From Octopus vulgaris (lineage: Eukaryota): a stretch of DNA of 64,000 nt. Shown here piece by piece: positions 13,642 to 26,600 of the stretch (positions are counted from its first letter, which is position 1; the number at the start of each line of letters is the position of its first letter). Both the position numbers and the translations under genes were made by a program. The stretch lies in contig OX597836.1 in assembly GCA_951406725.2 (NCBI GenBank), forward strand, positions 6,448,001 through 6,512,000, in the 5' to 3' direction. The notes under the pieces were generated by a model. That model was not told where the DNA came from, ran no database searches, and saw only the letters and a list, made by a program, of their open reading frames with translations.

Positions 13642-14509
13642 TAAGAAATAAAATATATGCATACATACATATATGTACGTACCTACATCTACATGTATAT
13701 ATACATGCATATATAGATATATGTACGTGAGTACAGGACACCACAAATAGACGCAGAACTCAACGAAGTATATATATATATATATGTTATAGTACACAAT
13801 TACTATTGTATTATCTACTAAAACCACACACACACACCGCATGATGTGACTGTTATTGCATTATTGCCTTATGTAAAATGCCGTCCAAATGACATGCCAG
13901 GCATAATGGTTTACAATATTTCCTTATTTTTCGTTCTCTTTTAGTGAAAGTTCTTGAGATGGTAGGGTAGTGTGTGAGTGTGGGGGGGACTAGGAGGTGG
14001 GAGTGGGGAGAGCGATGGAGAAATGTCAGGAAGTTTATCTGCTGTCAACACTCAGGATGTTCTGCATCGTGTATATATTTGCATGCATGTAGGTAGGTAT
14101 GTGCGTGTGTATGTGTGCATATATACATATATGCACGCACAAATATATATATATATATGTACATGCACACACACAAACAGATATATACATAAAGTACGAG
14201 TGATGGGCAGGGCTCCAAACAGCCACAATGGCGAAACAATGTAAACATCTATTTATTCTTACTATTTCTTTATATGTATATGTATATATATATATATACA
14301 TAAATACATATATATACATATATATATACATATATATATACATATATATGTATATATATATATACATAAAAATATGTATGTATGTATATATGTGTGTATG
14401 TATATATGTTTATATGTATGTATGTATGTAAGTATATTTATTAAGTATATATATATGTATGCATGTATGTATGTATCTATATATGCAAAACATACAAACA
14501 TATACATAC

Positions 14510-14543
<34 letters not shown>

Positions 14544-14704
14544 ATATGTATGTGAGTGTATACATACATACAAACATATACATATAAACATATATATATA
14601 TCTGTATATGTACGTATATATAAATATAAATATATATATATGCATACATACAAACATACAAACATATATATATGCATATATATACATATATACCTGCATG
14701 TGTG

Positions 14705-14739
<35 letters not shown>

Positions 14740-14741
<2 letters not shown>

Positions 14742-14970
14742 TATATATAAACGGAGTTTGTCTGTGCGTGTTTCTGTGTGTCTGTTTTCTCGATCACCCT
14801 GACCAGGCTTTCAACCGATTCTGATGAAACTTGACACAGGCATAGCCCATGTCATAATTCAAAACTAACGTATATATCGATAAATATAGAATAAAAAACA
14901 AACCACAGACTGTCTATAACCTATATATAATATATATATATATATTATATAGCAACGCCGGCGATACTAT
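14740..14970 (+). mobile_element. Patchy third copy of the Helitron
   Basis: Colinear blocks of 3311-3697 interleaved with TA runs, ending AGCAACGCCGGCGATACT. Confidence 0.7.
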
Positions 14971-16125
14971 ATATATATATATATATACGTATATATATAA
15001 ATTCTGCCGAGGTCGACTTTGCCTTTCATTCTATCACAGTCGATAAATTAAATACCAGTTGCCTACTGGGGTCGATCTAATCCACTGGCCACTTCCCCAA
15101 AAACTTTTGGGCCTTGTGCCTAGAGTAGAAAAGACATTAATACACTTAAGAACAGAAGGCAACAACAAAAATACAAAATCGCTTTACTGTGTGATACCAA
15201 GAAGACAGAAATAAAACACGTTGAACATCCATACTTTGAGATTAACGATTGTAGTCACTACAAATGTAATAACAGGAAGAGTAGCAGCAGAAGAAGAAGT
15301 ACGAGGGACTAATAAGGGGGCCGCAACTGTAGTAATATCAACAGTAGCAACAGTGAAAACAACATAAATAACAGCAACAACAAGCACAACAAAATTATTA
15401 CAGTAGCGAGGCTATTGATCAGGCAGATCACAAACCAATAATACCTATTTCTTTACTACCCACAAGGGGCTAAACACTGAGGGGACAAACAAGGACAGGC
15501 AAACGGATGAAGTCGATTACATCGACCCCAGTGCGTAACTGGTACTTAATTTATCGACCCCGAAAGGATGAAAGGCAAAGTCGACCTCGGCGGAATTTGA
15601 ACTCAGAACGTAACGGCAGACGAAATACGACTACGCATTTCGCCCGGCGTGCTAACGTTTCTGCCAAGCTCGCCGCTAACTGAAACACTCGCAAGAACAA
15701 GAGCACGGCTTCTTTCACTGGGGTAGCTTTTGTAAGGGACCTGTACGGCCTCTCCCCAGAAGTCAATTACAGAGCACCACTCGATTTACGGGAAGGGAAA
15801 AGCTTGCGCCCCCACCTGAAACTCAATCTGCGACTGCTAGAGTTCTACATATTTTGTTCTTCGATTATTCAAATGTATGTAATTGTATTTGAATATGGAT
15901 TTACAGAGTGTTTCCCTTACATCAATGTGAAACAGGAGATTCGGGGCTACAATGGTTTTTTTTTATTGTTACATCATAAATTGTGTTTTACGACGAAATA
16001 ACATAAAAACATTTTTACAGCCAACTGTCAGGTTTCGCTTTGATCTTTTTTATACCCATGCGTGTATGCATCCATGTAGTATGTGTGAGTGTGTGTGTGT
16101 AATATTTATGTTTATGCATATATGC

Positions 16126-16198
<73 letters not shown>

Positions 16199-17269
16199 CA
16201 GGAGTGGCTGTGTGGTAAGAAACTTGCTTCCCAACCACATGGTTCCGGGTTCAGTTCTATTGCGTGGCACCTTGTGAATAGATTTGGTAGATGGAAACTG
16301 AAAGAAGCCCGTCACATATATATATATTGTTTGTTCCTTCTCAAGTCATGCCTGACTCATAAGGGCCAGTTTCCGTGTTTCCTTGGCGTATAGGTTCCAC
16401 ACCTGGACGGGACGCCGGTCCGTCGTAGGTGAGCTGCAAGATGGAGGAGAAAAGAATGAGAGAAAATTTGTAGCGAAAGAGTCAGCAGAAGTTCGCCATT
16501 ACCTTCTGCCGGAGCCGCGTGGATCTTAGGTGTTTCGCTCATAAACACACACATCTGAGATTCGAACCCTCGATCCCTTGACCGCAAGTCCGCTGCTCTA
16601 ACCACTAGGCCATGTTCCTCCACATATATGTGAAAAAGATAAGGAAAGCTCCCACGAATGATTTTCATCTCCTTTGATCTGAAACAACAGTGAGTGAACG
16701 AAGCTTTTATTTTTAATTGGTGAAGGTCACCTTGTTTGAATGTCTTACAATGGAGTGTACACTCTTAAAAGCGCTACAGGCCTTGACGGTGGTAAATCAG
16801 TGTTCCCATGAAATCTACCTGTCAATCACTTGAACAATCCATATGACGGGTTTCCACACAGTTTCCGTCAATGGAGTTTTCCCTCAAAAGACATTAATTC
16901 AACGAGAAGATATAGCACAAGACACTAAATCCGCCACGGAGCGGGATCGAACTCTGGCACCACGTAAGCTTCTCCGTAAAACTATCAAATACTACTTCCG
17001 TACATTAGAATTGAGTTATATCGCTTTGCATTCTGAGTTCAAAACCTACCGAATCTGGCTTTGCCCTTCGTACTTCCGAGATCGATAAAAGTTAAGTACC
17101 AGTTAAGGACTTATGGTTGACACACAATCTGTGTCTTTGTGTCTGTTGTTGTTCTTGTTGTTGTTATGAGTTTTCTTATTTCGATGTTGTTTCCAATTGT
17201 CTTCTTGCCAATTGTCTTCCCGGCTTCTAGGGTAACGCATCTTACTATATACATTGATTGGCTATTAAA

Positions 17270-17688
17270 AAGGCGGCGAGCTGGCAGAAACGTTAGCATG
17301 CTGGGCGAAATGCTTAGCGGTATTTCGTCTGCCGCTACGTTCTGAGTTCAAATTCCGCCGAGGTCGACTTTGCCTTTCATCCTTTCGGGATCGATAAATT
17401 AAGTACCAGTTACGCACTGGGATCGATATAATCTACTTAATCCGTTTGTCTGTCCTCGTTTGTCCCCTCTGTGTTTAGCCCGTTGTGGGTAGTAAAGAAA
17501 TAGGTATTTCATCTGCCGCTACGTTCTGAGTTCAAATTCCGCCGAGGTCAACTTTGCCTTTCGTCCTTTCGGGATCGATAAATTAAGTACCAGATACGCA
17601 CTGGGATCGATATAATCTACTTAATCCGTTTATCTGTCCTTGTTTTTTCCCTCTGTGTTTAGCCCCTTGTGGGTAGTAAAGAAATAGG
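17270..17688 (+). mobile_element. SINE family A: head plus two body units
   Basis: Two tandem bodies joined at AAAGAAATAG|GTATTTC. Confidence 0.9.
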
Positions 17689-17779
17689 CTATTAAACTAA
17701 ACACACCAGATTGTTCCTTTTCAAAATGAATTGAAGTTAAATGAAAAAATTAAAATACATGATTAATAAAATCATTCCC

Positions 17780-17995
17780 ACATCAACAACGCTCTTCTCA
17801 GTACGTATGATGTACCAGTCAAGACAATCTTTTGCATTTCTTGCCGGGATGGTAAGCCAGGGATCATTTCCAAATAGTTTTCATTTCCTTTTCGGATCAT
17901 CCCAGCGCTTCCATAATCACTGGTTTGTAACTTCCTTGAGATGCCACAATTTTTCTATTTCAATGCGCAAATCTTTATATTGTCAAATAATTCTT
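17780..17995 (-). mobile_element. R4/Dong-like non-LTR retrotransposon C-terminal (restriction-like endonuclease) fragment
   Basis: Frameshifted translation QYKDLRIEIEKLWHLK...PVIMEALGMI...EMQKIVLTGTSYVLRRAL. Confidence 0.8.
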
Positions 17996-18894
17996 TTGTG
18001 GCACACACACACGCACAAGCATGCGCACACACGAACACATAAATATGCAGAATACATGCATACATGCATACATGCATACATACATACAGTCAGATAGATA
18101 CGCTCGCATGCATACATACATATGTACGTACATACACATGCACATACATATGTACGTATATACATACAAACAGAAAGACAGACACACATACATACATACA
18201 TACATACATACATGCATACATACATACATACATAATACATACATGCATATATACATATATGTTTAACTACTACGTACATACATACATATATACGCACGTA
18301 CCTACATACACACACAAGCATACGCACGCTGGCACGCGCACACAAACGCACACACCCGCGTGACAAAATCTCAAACAGACAAACAAACGCACCTTCTATA
18401 ACAGACACTTGACTGTCCCTGAGAAGGTTGCGAAAAAAACAAAGAAAGAGCTTTGACAAAAACAAACAAAAACACAAAAAAGAAATCGGATATTTAATGA
18501 GTGGAATTTAACCAGTACGTGTGTCAATTATATTGGCACGATTACCCTCCCCACTCACAACAAAATGTTGCTTGTTTATCCGTTAAGGGGCTTGTCACTA
18601 TGTATTTTCGTTGCTTGGCTTTAAAATTATTCTGGCCTCTTCATGGGACTCGTTACAATTGTTTGTTTTTTAAGATCGCAACTTTACAAAATGTCAACGA
18701 GTGACGAAGAAGGGGCGATAAGGGGAGGAAGTGACGTTAAGGAGCGACAATAAGGGAATGGAAGCAACTTTTCCCTGTCATAATAACCGAAGAAATGTTC
18801 GCCCCCTCGCCCCCCACACACACACACACTTTACTTCGATGCACGAAAGGAAGAGGAAAGACGTAAGTATGTAACAACACAAACACACTCACCG

Positions 18895-19720
18895 CACTAC
18901 CTCCACCACCACCACCTGAATTACCACCACCACCAACAACAACAACAACCAATACCACCACTACCACCATCATCACCATCACCGATTCCACCTCCACCAC
19001 CACAACCACCTCCACCAACAACATCACCACCGCCGTCACCGTCACCACCACCACAACACCAACAACAACCAGCACCAATACCACCACCACCACCATCAAC
19101 ACCACCATCAGTGCCACTTCCACCACCACAACCACCACCAACAACAACAGCACCAATACCACCACCACCACCACCATCAACACCACCATCAGTGCCACCA
19201 CCACCACCACCACCACCAACAACAGCACCAATACCACCACCACCACCACCACCATCATCACCACCACCAGTGCCACTTCCACCACCACAACCACCACCAC
19301 CACCGACAACAACAACACCAATGTCACCCACCACCACCACCACCACCACCACCACACCGCTACTACCACCACCACCACCACCACAACCGCTACTACCACC
19401 GCCACTGCCACGTCTACCGTCTCCACCGCTGGGATGAGTCTGTCAGCGTTAATTATCATCTCTGGCAACAACAAGAATAAAAGAAGCGTCTTCACCATCA
19501 CCACCACCGCCGCCTCTGCCGCCGCCGCCGCCACCGCCGCCGCCACACTCAACAGCCGTCGCGACAAGATGGCGATCTTTGTTCCCGGAATCGATGAAAT
19601 TTGGAACGAGCATATAAAACAGGATTACCACCAACTTCCACTCCGCCAACACCAACACCACCAACACCTCTGCCAACCCCTTCGCTATACCCGACGGCAA
19701 CCGGAATAGTCCCCGGGTGA
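18895..19720. other. GC-rich (CAC)n/(GCC)n low-complexity island, function unresolved
   Basis: CpG-rich block in an AT-rich background. No recognisable protein in any frame. Confidence 0.4.
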
Positions 19721-19932
19721 TAGACGCATTCATTCTTGCAAACATCCTGCTCATAAGGGCCACTGAGCAATTAAATCGGCAACGAGGAGTATTTTTGTCA
19801 TCCTTTGTTACTCCTCTTTCTCGCGTATCCAGTTTGAACCATTTCTTTCCTCTTAATACTTTCCTCTCAATAATACGATTCCCGACCAGTTCTGAGTTTT
19901 TCTTTTCCTTATCTTAAGCCACATCAGTTTTG

Positions 19933-21216
19933 CCGAGTCATCCCATAAATACTCGGCTTTTTCAATTTCATAAACGAAAAATCGGAGGGGGACGGGATAA
20001 ACTACCTGCATCAATTGGCTATAAAAGCAGGTAGTAATTTTACCTTGTCCTTATTCTTAGTGCAAATTTCGAAGAGTGCAGTTCGATTTTAACATTTATT
20101 ATTTCAAAGCTATAATGGAAGCGGCAAAGGAGCATATTTGGCACATTTTGCTTCATGAGTTCAATAAAGGCAATTGAACAACGGAAAGTGCCAAGAATAT
20201 TAATAGAGTGTATGGGGATCGGACAATAAGTGTAAGCCAGTGTCAACAATGGTTCCAGAAATTCCAAGCCGAAAAGATCCGGGAGAATCTGTAGAGCTCG
20301 ACGAGGACATCCTGAAAACCCTGGTGGAACAAAATCCCATTGGAACTGTTGAGGAACTAGCAGAGAAGCTTGGATTTGGTCATTCAACCATTCATCGATA
20401 CCTGCATGCCATCGGAAAAGTCAGCATATTGGATCAATGGGTTCCTCGCAAACTTTCCGAATCTAATTGCATGCAGAGAGTGAGTGTGTGCTGTTCTTTG
20501 CTGTCGCGTCTCACGAATGGATCTTTTTTGGACCAAATAGTGACCGGTGACGAGAAATTGATTCTCTATATAAATGTCAAGCGCCGAAGACAGTGGATAG
20601 GGAAAGGAGAAACACCGGCACCCCAGGCTAAAGAATGTCTTCACCCACATAAGGTGTTGTTATCTGTTTGGTGGGACACGAAAGGTTGAGTCCACTTTGA
20701 ACGTTTAAACCCAAACCAAATGATAACAAAGGAGATCTACTGCAAGCAGCTTGAGCGGCTTAAGTCAGCGCTAGAAGAAAAACGCCCATCTTTGGTTCCA
20801 TGACGAAAGATATTCTTGCATCGGTTATATACAGCGAGAATGACATTCAAAAGGATGGAGCAGTTTGAATGAGAAACGATGCCCCACCTACCATATTCAC
20901 CGGATATTGCCCCATCTGACTATCATTTATTTCGCAGTCTTCGAAATCATTTGGACGGAAAAAATATGAATTCTGTAGAGGAGGTCAGAACAGTACTGGA
21001 GGAGTATTTTTCGTCAGGGACAAGTGAATTTTAGAAAAGGGGCCTTGTAAGTCTACCAGATAGAAATGGGGCCTTGCAAGTCTACCAGTTAGACGGAAGC
21101 GCATTGTAGAAAATGACAGAGAATATATTTTAGATTAAAAAAGAACTTTCTTTATCTTAATTTTGAAAAATATAACAAGTATAAATGACAACCGTATTAT
21201 TCATGAGATGACCCAA
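19933..21216 (+). mobile_element. Full-length mariner element with inactivated transposase (relic ORF 20115-21138)
   Basis: Imperfect TIRs CCGAGTCATCCCATAAATA / TATTCATGAGATGACCCAA-TA. Motifs MEAAKEHIWHILLHEF, WVPRKL, IVTGDEK, KVLLSVWWD and YSPDIAPSDYHLF. Several stops and frameshifts. Confidence 0.95.
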
Positions 21217-21861
21217 TATTTTCACAATTTTTATTGCCATTGTCTCTGTACGACATTTTTGCAACTCCGTTTTTATCCTCGTTTATTGCATCGTATTGTT
21301 TCTATTGTTTCTCCTTTCTTCCTACAAGGTCGCTTCACCCTTTACGTTATTTTAGTTCGTCTTCATATTCTATTTCACCAAACACATTTAGAAAAAAAAA
21401 GCTGTATTAATTTCTTTTTTATTTCAACTAAGTTTATTTTCGGTCCAACAGCGGATATTTTATATTAATTTTATAGCTGCAAAGGACCCCTACCACTTAG
21501 GGATCGTCGTAAATATAATACTTCTGTCGGATTTTATATTTCTACATGCAGTTATTTTGTTTCTTGTCTTATTCCATAGTTTTACTAATTCGTTTAACTC
21601 CCAGCTGAGAATACTGGCTTCAAATTCTGGCACAAGGCCTGCAATTTTGATGGGGGCGGAGCAAGTAGATTACATCGCTCCAAGTGCTAAACTGGCGCTT
21701 ATTTTATCGACCCCGAAAGGTATGAAAGGCTAAATCGACACCGGCGGCATTTGATCTCAAAACGTTAAGACAGACGAAATGCTCAGCTTGCTAACGATTC
21801 TGCCAAGCTCGCCCCCCCACCGGCCTTCCCAACTGTAAATATTGATTTCAGATTTTCAGCA

Positions 21862-21928
21862 CATGGTGTAATGGTTAGTACTCTGGACTTTGAATCCAGC
21901 GATCCGAGTTCATATCTCGGTAGAACCT
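21862..21928 (+). tRNA. tRNA-Gln(TTG) pseudogene, 5'-truncated retrocopy
   Basis: CATGGTGTAATGGTTAGTACTCTGGACTTTGAATCCAGCGATCCGAGTTCATATCTCGGTAGAACCT matches metazoan tRNA-Gln as I recall it. Anticodon TTG at 21890-21892. First 5 nt missing; T-loop A58 changed to T. Confidence 0.9.
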
Positions 21929-22509
21929 AGTAAACTAACTTTTTTTAACGGCGGTGCATCAGCATGGCCGCAGCTCTGAGCTGAAACTAAAAAAAAAAAA
22001 GCTATTTCGGTGTGGTGGTGATGGTAGTGGGGTGGGTGAGTGTTAGCTGATTACATCAATCCCTGTGTTCAACTGATACTTATTTTATCGATCTCGCAAA
22101 GATGAAAGGGAGAGTAGACGCAGCGGAATTTGAACTCAGAACGTAAAGACGGACGAAATGCCGCTAAGCTTTTCATCCGGCGTGATAGCGATTCTGTCAG
22201 CTCACTTAAAATCCTAACTTACAACTGGGAGGCATATTTTCCCTGCTATTATTCTTTTATTCATTTCAGTCATTTGACTGCGGCCATGCTGGATCACCGC
22301 CTTTAGTCGAGCAAATCGACCCCAGGACAAACACAAACACATATATATACGACGGGATTCTTTCAGTTTCCGTCTACCAAATCCACTCACTTGGTCGGCC
22401 CGAGGCTATATAGTAGAAGACACTTGCCCAAGGTGCCACGCAGTGGAACTGAACCCGGAACCATGTGGCTGGTAAACAACCTACTTACCACACATCCACT
22501 CCTGCGCCT

Positions 22510-22890
22510 CAATCTGTTTATCTGTTTTAATATTAAATCTAATTCATCTTTAGTATTCCTCCTTAAACTTTCATTTGCCTGTGTCGCTCTCCCTATAGTT
22601 TTATTGATTTCCAAGTATTTATCCATCTGTGTTTGGTCATCATAGTTACCAAACACTCTTATCACATTTACCAAACACTCTTGTCACAGTAAATTTATCT
22701 AACATGATATTAAGTTTCTTCTGTATACACTTTCCTTAACGTACATTTCTAACCTAAATCTTATATCAATTCCTCTTGTCAATCTATGTACGAAATGTTT
22801 CTAGTTGTTTGTCAACTGCAGAGTACAACTTGAGGTCATCCATTAACAAAATAAGCTTAATTGTCCTCCCATAACACCGTATCCAAGATC
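22510..22890 (-). mobile_element. R4/Dong-like reverse transcriptase relic
   Basis: LLMDDLKLYSAVDKQLE (YMDDLKLY-type motif) followed by DKYLEI; heavily degraded. Confidence 0.7.
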
Positions 22891-24870
22891 AGTCTTGTTT
22901 AACATGTTTAAAGAGATTTATGTAGGACAGGAAAGACGTAGAAAGCGAGAGGTCTCGTTAAAATATTCCCCTTTTAATAACAAAGTGATTTGTTTACGTA
23001 ATTTCGTCGCTCGTTTGTATCTACAAAATTGTTTGTTATTTATTCGTGATATTTTTTTATGTATCCGCTTCTTAGAAGTGCCACCTTATTCATGGCTAAT
23101 ATATATCTCCAGATAAGACGGCGAACTGGCAGAATCGTTAGGACGCCGGGAAAAATGCGTAGCTGTATTTCGTCTGCCGTTACGTTCTGAGTTCAAATTC
23201 CGCCGAGGTAGACTTTGCCTTTCATCATTTCGGGGTCGATTAAATAAGTACCAGTTACGCTCTGGGGTCGATATAATCGACTTAACCCGTTTGTCTGTCC
23301 TTGTTTGTCCTCTCTGTGTTTAGCCCCTTGTGGGTAGTGAAGAAATAGGTATTTTTTCGTCTTTACGTTCAGAATTCAAATTCTACTGAGGTCGACTTTG
23401 CCTTTCATCCTTTCGGGGATCGGCAAAATGAGTACCAGTTATGAACTGAGATCGATATAATCGACTTACACCATCTCCTGAAGTTGCCTGCCTTTTGTGA
23501 AAATTCGAAATCAATAATGGTTTCAAATTTTGAAACATCGTGCCCAGTGTCCAACGGGCCATTATTTTAACGACAACCAAAGATTAAAAAGCAAGATCAC
23601 CCTCAGCTGAATTCGAACTCAAAACGTGAGACAGAGGAAATTCCAAATTGCTTAGCGGGGCATTTCACCCGTCTTTACGTTGTTCTGAGTTCAAATTCCG
23701 CTGAGGTCGACTTTGCTTTTCATCCATTCGCATCGATTAAATAAGTACCAGTTGTGAATATTGGGGGACGATGTAATCGACTTATCACCTCCCACGAAAT
23801 TTCTGGCCTTGTGCTAAATTCTGAGACCAACAATTTCCTACCACCTCTAATTTCTTTCAAAACATTTTTCTATTTATATATCATTGGTAGATTCTTAACA
23901 CATATTATTTTCTTATTTAATTCCCTATAGCCCTTTCATTTATCGTCTCAAAACGTAAGTATTCGAAGTATTTTACTTCGGATTATTCGATTCCTTCTTC
24001 AAATTCCTCTCTTCTCAATTCCTTTAACGCTCACCTTTTGTGTTAATATTTTCTTCGTGATGTTTATGATCCAGCTCCAATTGAGAGTCATGTTTTCTAC
24101 AGAACACTCTTAACGAATGACATTTTTATGGTCCTCTTTTGTGTTTTACTTATTTTGGTTTATATTTACTCACGCGATTTATTTCTTGTTGAATCTTTTG
24201 TTTTCAAACAGGTTTTCTAGTTCTAGTGTTTACTACACACATTGAGGCCTACAATATTTGATTTCAAACCTTTCTACCTATTTCATGTTTAATTCACAGT
24301 TGTTTCTTGTCTGAAAGCGCGTGGCCTATTTCCCTTGGCCACGATAGCAGGTTCGTAGTTTCAGTTAGCGCCATTGCTTTATGTGAATATTTTCTTATCT
24401 CGATGCGGTGAACTGGTAGAATGGTTAGCACACCGGGCGAAATGCTTAGCGGCATTTCGTCCGTCTTTACATTCTGAGTTTAAATTCCGCCGAAGTTGAC
24501 TTAACCGTTCATGTTTTCGGGGTCGATAAAATAAGTACCAGTTGAGTACTGGGGTCGTCGATATGAGACAACTTACCCCTGAACTTGCTGGTCTTGTGCT
24601 AAAATTTGGAACCAATTCTTGGCAGTGATAGCTTTCAGATTTACGCGTGTCGAGTTAACTGTTAATACATCCTTATTCAACTGCCGGAAATATTTCACTA
24701 ATTAAACTGCGACCATGATGGGGCGCGGTCTTGGAGAATTTTAGTCGGCCGAATGGATCTCTGGAGGAATTTGTTTCAAAGTTTGGTACTTATTCCATCG
24801 AAATCTTTTGCCGAACTGCTAAGTTACGGAGATTTAAACACACCAGAGGAGATAGGACACACACACACAA

Positions 24871-24903
<33 letters not shown>

Positions 24904-25488
24904 TGTATGTATGTATGTATGTATAAGACGGCTTCTTTCAGTTTCCGTCTAGCAAATACACCCACAAATTATTTTCCCCTATCCTTTCCTACGTTTCGTA
25001 CTTTTACTCTGTTAATTTCGATGTGATTCAGAGGGTAGCTTTCTTTTATTCCCAACCGTATTTACAAAGTAGAAACCCTGATATTACCCAAATGTGGTTT
25101 AATATGACAGTAAATCCGACGTTTACATTATCCAAGTATTCGGTTCTTTTGCATTTCAGTGACCAGGTGGCAGACAGTACGACGAAAACTTCAACACCAA
25201 GTAATATTAAGCGTACATGGCCTTAAGTCTTTGTATCTTTTCGAATGACTAATACGAGTCTCCAATGCTGTGTTTATTTTAGATCAACACTCGGAGGCAG
25301 ATCAAATCACTTGTCTAACATCTACACCTCAGAAATCATTTACGTGCTTTGGTGTTGTTATTTTATAATTGTGACTCGCGGTGAGATTAATCTAATTAAA
25401 TCTCATTACTGAATTATTTCGCGACGTCGTAATATCTTATTCAACGATAAACATAGTATGGTTTTAATGTTTTCGCTAATTATGTAGG

Positions 25489-25765
25489 GCAGCAAGTCTC
25501 AACTGGGGTTCATATGACGTTTGGGGGTCCGTATAATATTTTATTGCTAAAATTTATGTGAAATAAACTGTGGTATTTCTACAAACAGGAAATATTTTAT
25601 CAATGTTTTTTATACAATTCCTAACAAACAGAATGTTTTTATTAACAGTGATCTCATAATCACAGACAGACTTTGGTGTTAAAATTAATGTAACTTTACT
25701 CTCATTTATTCAGGTCAAATGGAAATCAAACAATTCCCATAGGTAAAGAAATGGTTGAGAACCGC
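25489..25765. mobile_element. Putative hAT/Charlie-type MITE
   Basis: Ends CAGCAAGTCTCAACTGGGG and GGTTGAGAACCGCAG resemble CAGTGGTTCTCAA termini. Confidence 0.5.
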
Positions 25766-25939
25766 AGATGCAAAATATATCGGGTGATTTGTGGTTGTCT
25801 CTCAATATCTGAAGGAACCGGTATCAAGGAAAATAATCGTGGGTCGAAGTGACCTGAATAAATGGGAGTAAAATTACATTAAATTTAGCACAAAAAGTCT
25901 GTCTGTGACTACGAGACCAATGCTATCAACAACCTTCTG
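25629..25939. repeat. ~90-bp imperfect inverted repeat with ~130-bp spacer
   Basis: CACAGACAGACTTT...CATTTATTCAGGTCA versus TGACCTGAATAAATG...AAAGTCTGTCTGTG. Confidence 0.8.
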
Positions 25940-26310
25940 CATAATTGTTGTAATTAATAAAATTGGTTGATTTTCTTACAATTTTATTTTTCTCTCAAAC
26001 AAATGAGTCACTTAAACACAGATTCAAGTCCCAAATGGTGCTTTTGCAAACTAAACTTTCTCATCAGCGTTGTGTTCTTCAAAGCAAAAGTTCCGGTTTC
26101 AACACAAACGCGCGCGCGCGCGACGGTCTTCTTACAGTTTCTGTTTACCAAATTTACTCACAAGGGATTTGTCAGCCTGAAGTTAAAGTAGAAAACACTT
26201 GCCCAAGGTGCCACGCAGTGGGACTGAACTCGGAACCATGTGGGTGGGAAGCAAACAGTTTAATATCCAAAGCTGTTGTATAAAATGCCATTCACTTTCA
26301 TTTACTAGGA

Positions 26311-26600
26311 TTCGCAACCGCGGACATACATTCGCAACCGTGGGTCTGCATTCGCAACGGAAGGCCTGGGTTCGCGACAGTGGGCCTACGCTCGCAACGG
26401 CGGGGCTGCGTTCATAGCAGCGGGCCTGCACTCGCAACATCGGTCCTGCATTAGTAACAACGGTCCTGCGTTCGCATCCGCGGTCCTGCGTTCGCATCCG
26501 CGGTCCTGCGTTCGCATCCGCGGTCCTGTGTTCGCAACCGTTGGTCTGCGTTCTCATCTGCGCACCCGCATTCGCAACCGCCCGGCCTACATTCGCATCC
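26311..26600. repeat. GC-rich 20-bp minisatellite, ~15 units
   Basis: Consensus TTCGCA(A/T)CCGCGGTCCTGCG. Three near-identical central units, divergent flanks. Confidence 0.9.

Noticed and set aside
18737-19567. 276-aa Val-rich ORF and overlapping Gly- or Pro-rich ORFs
   Set aside because: Driven by (GGT)n with frame switches; no single frame gives a credible protein.
21857-21928. Functional tRNA-Gln gene
   Set aside because: The 5' acceptor strand is replaced by host sequence and the B-box is mutated.
26311-26600. CRISPR-like array
   Set aside because: Contiguous degenerate units without unique spacers, eukaryotic context, no cas genes.
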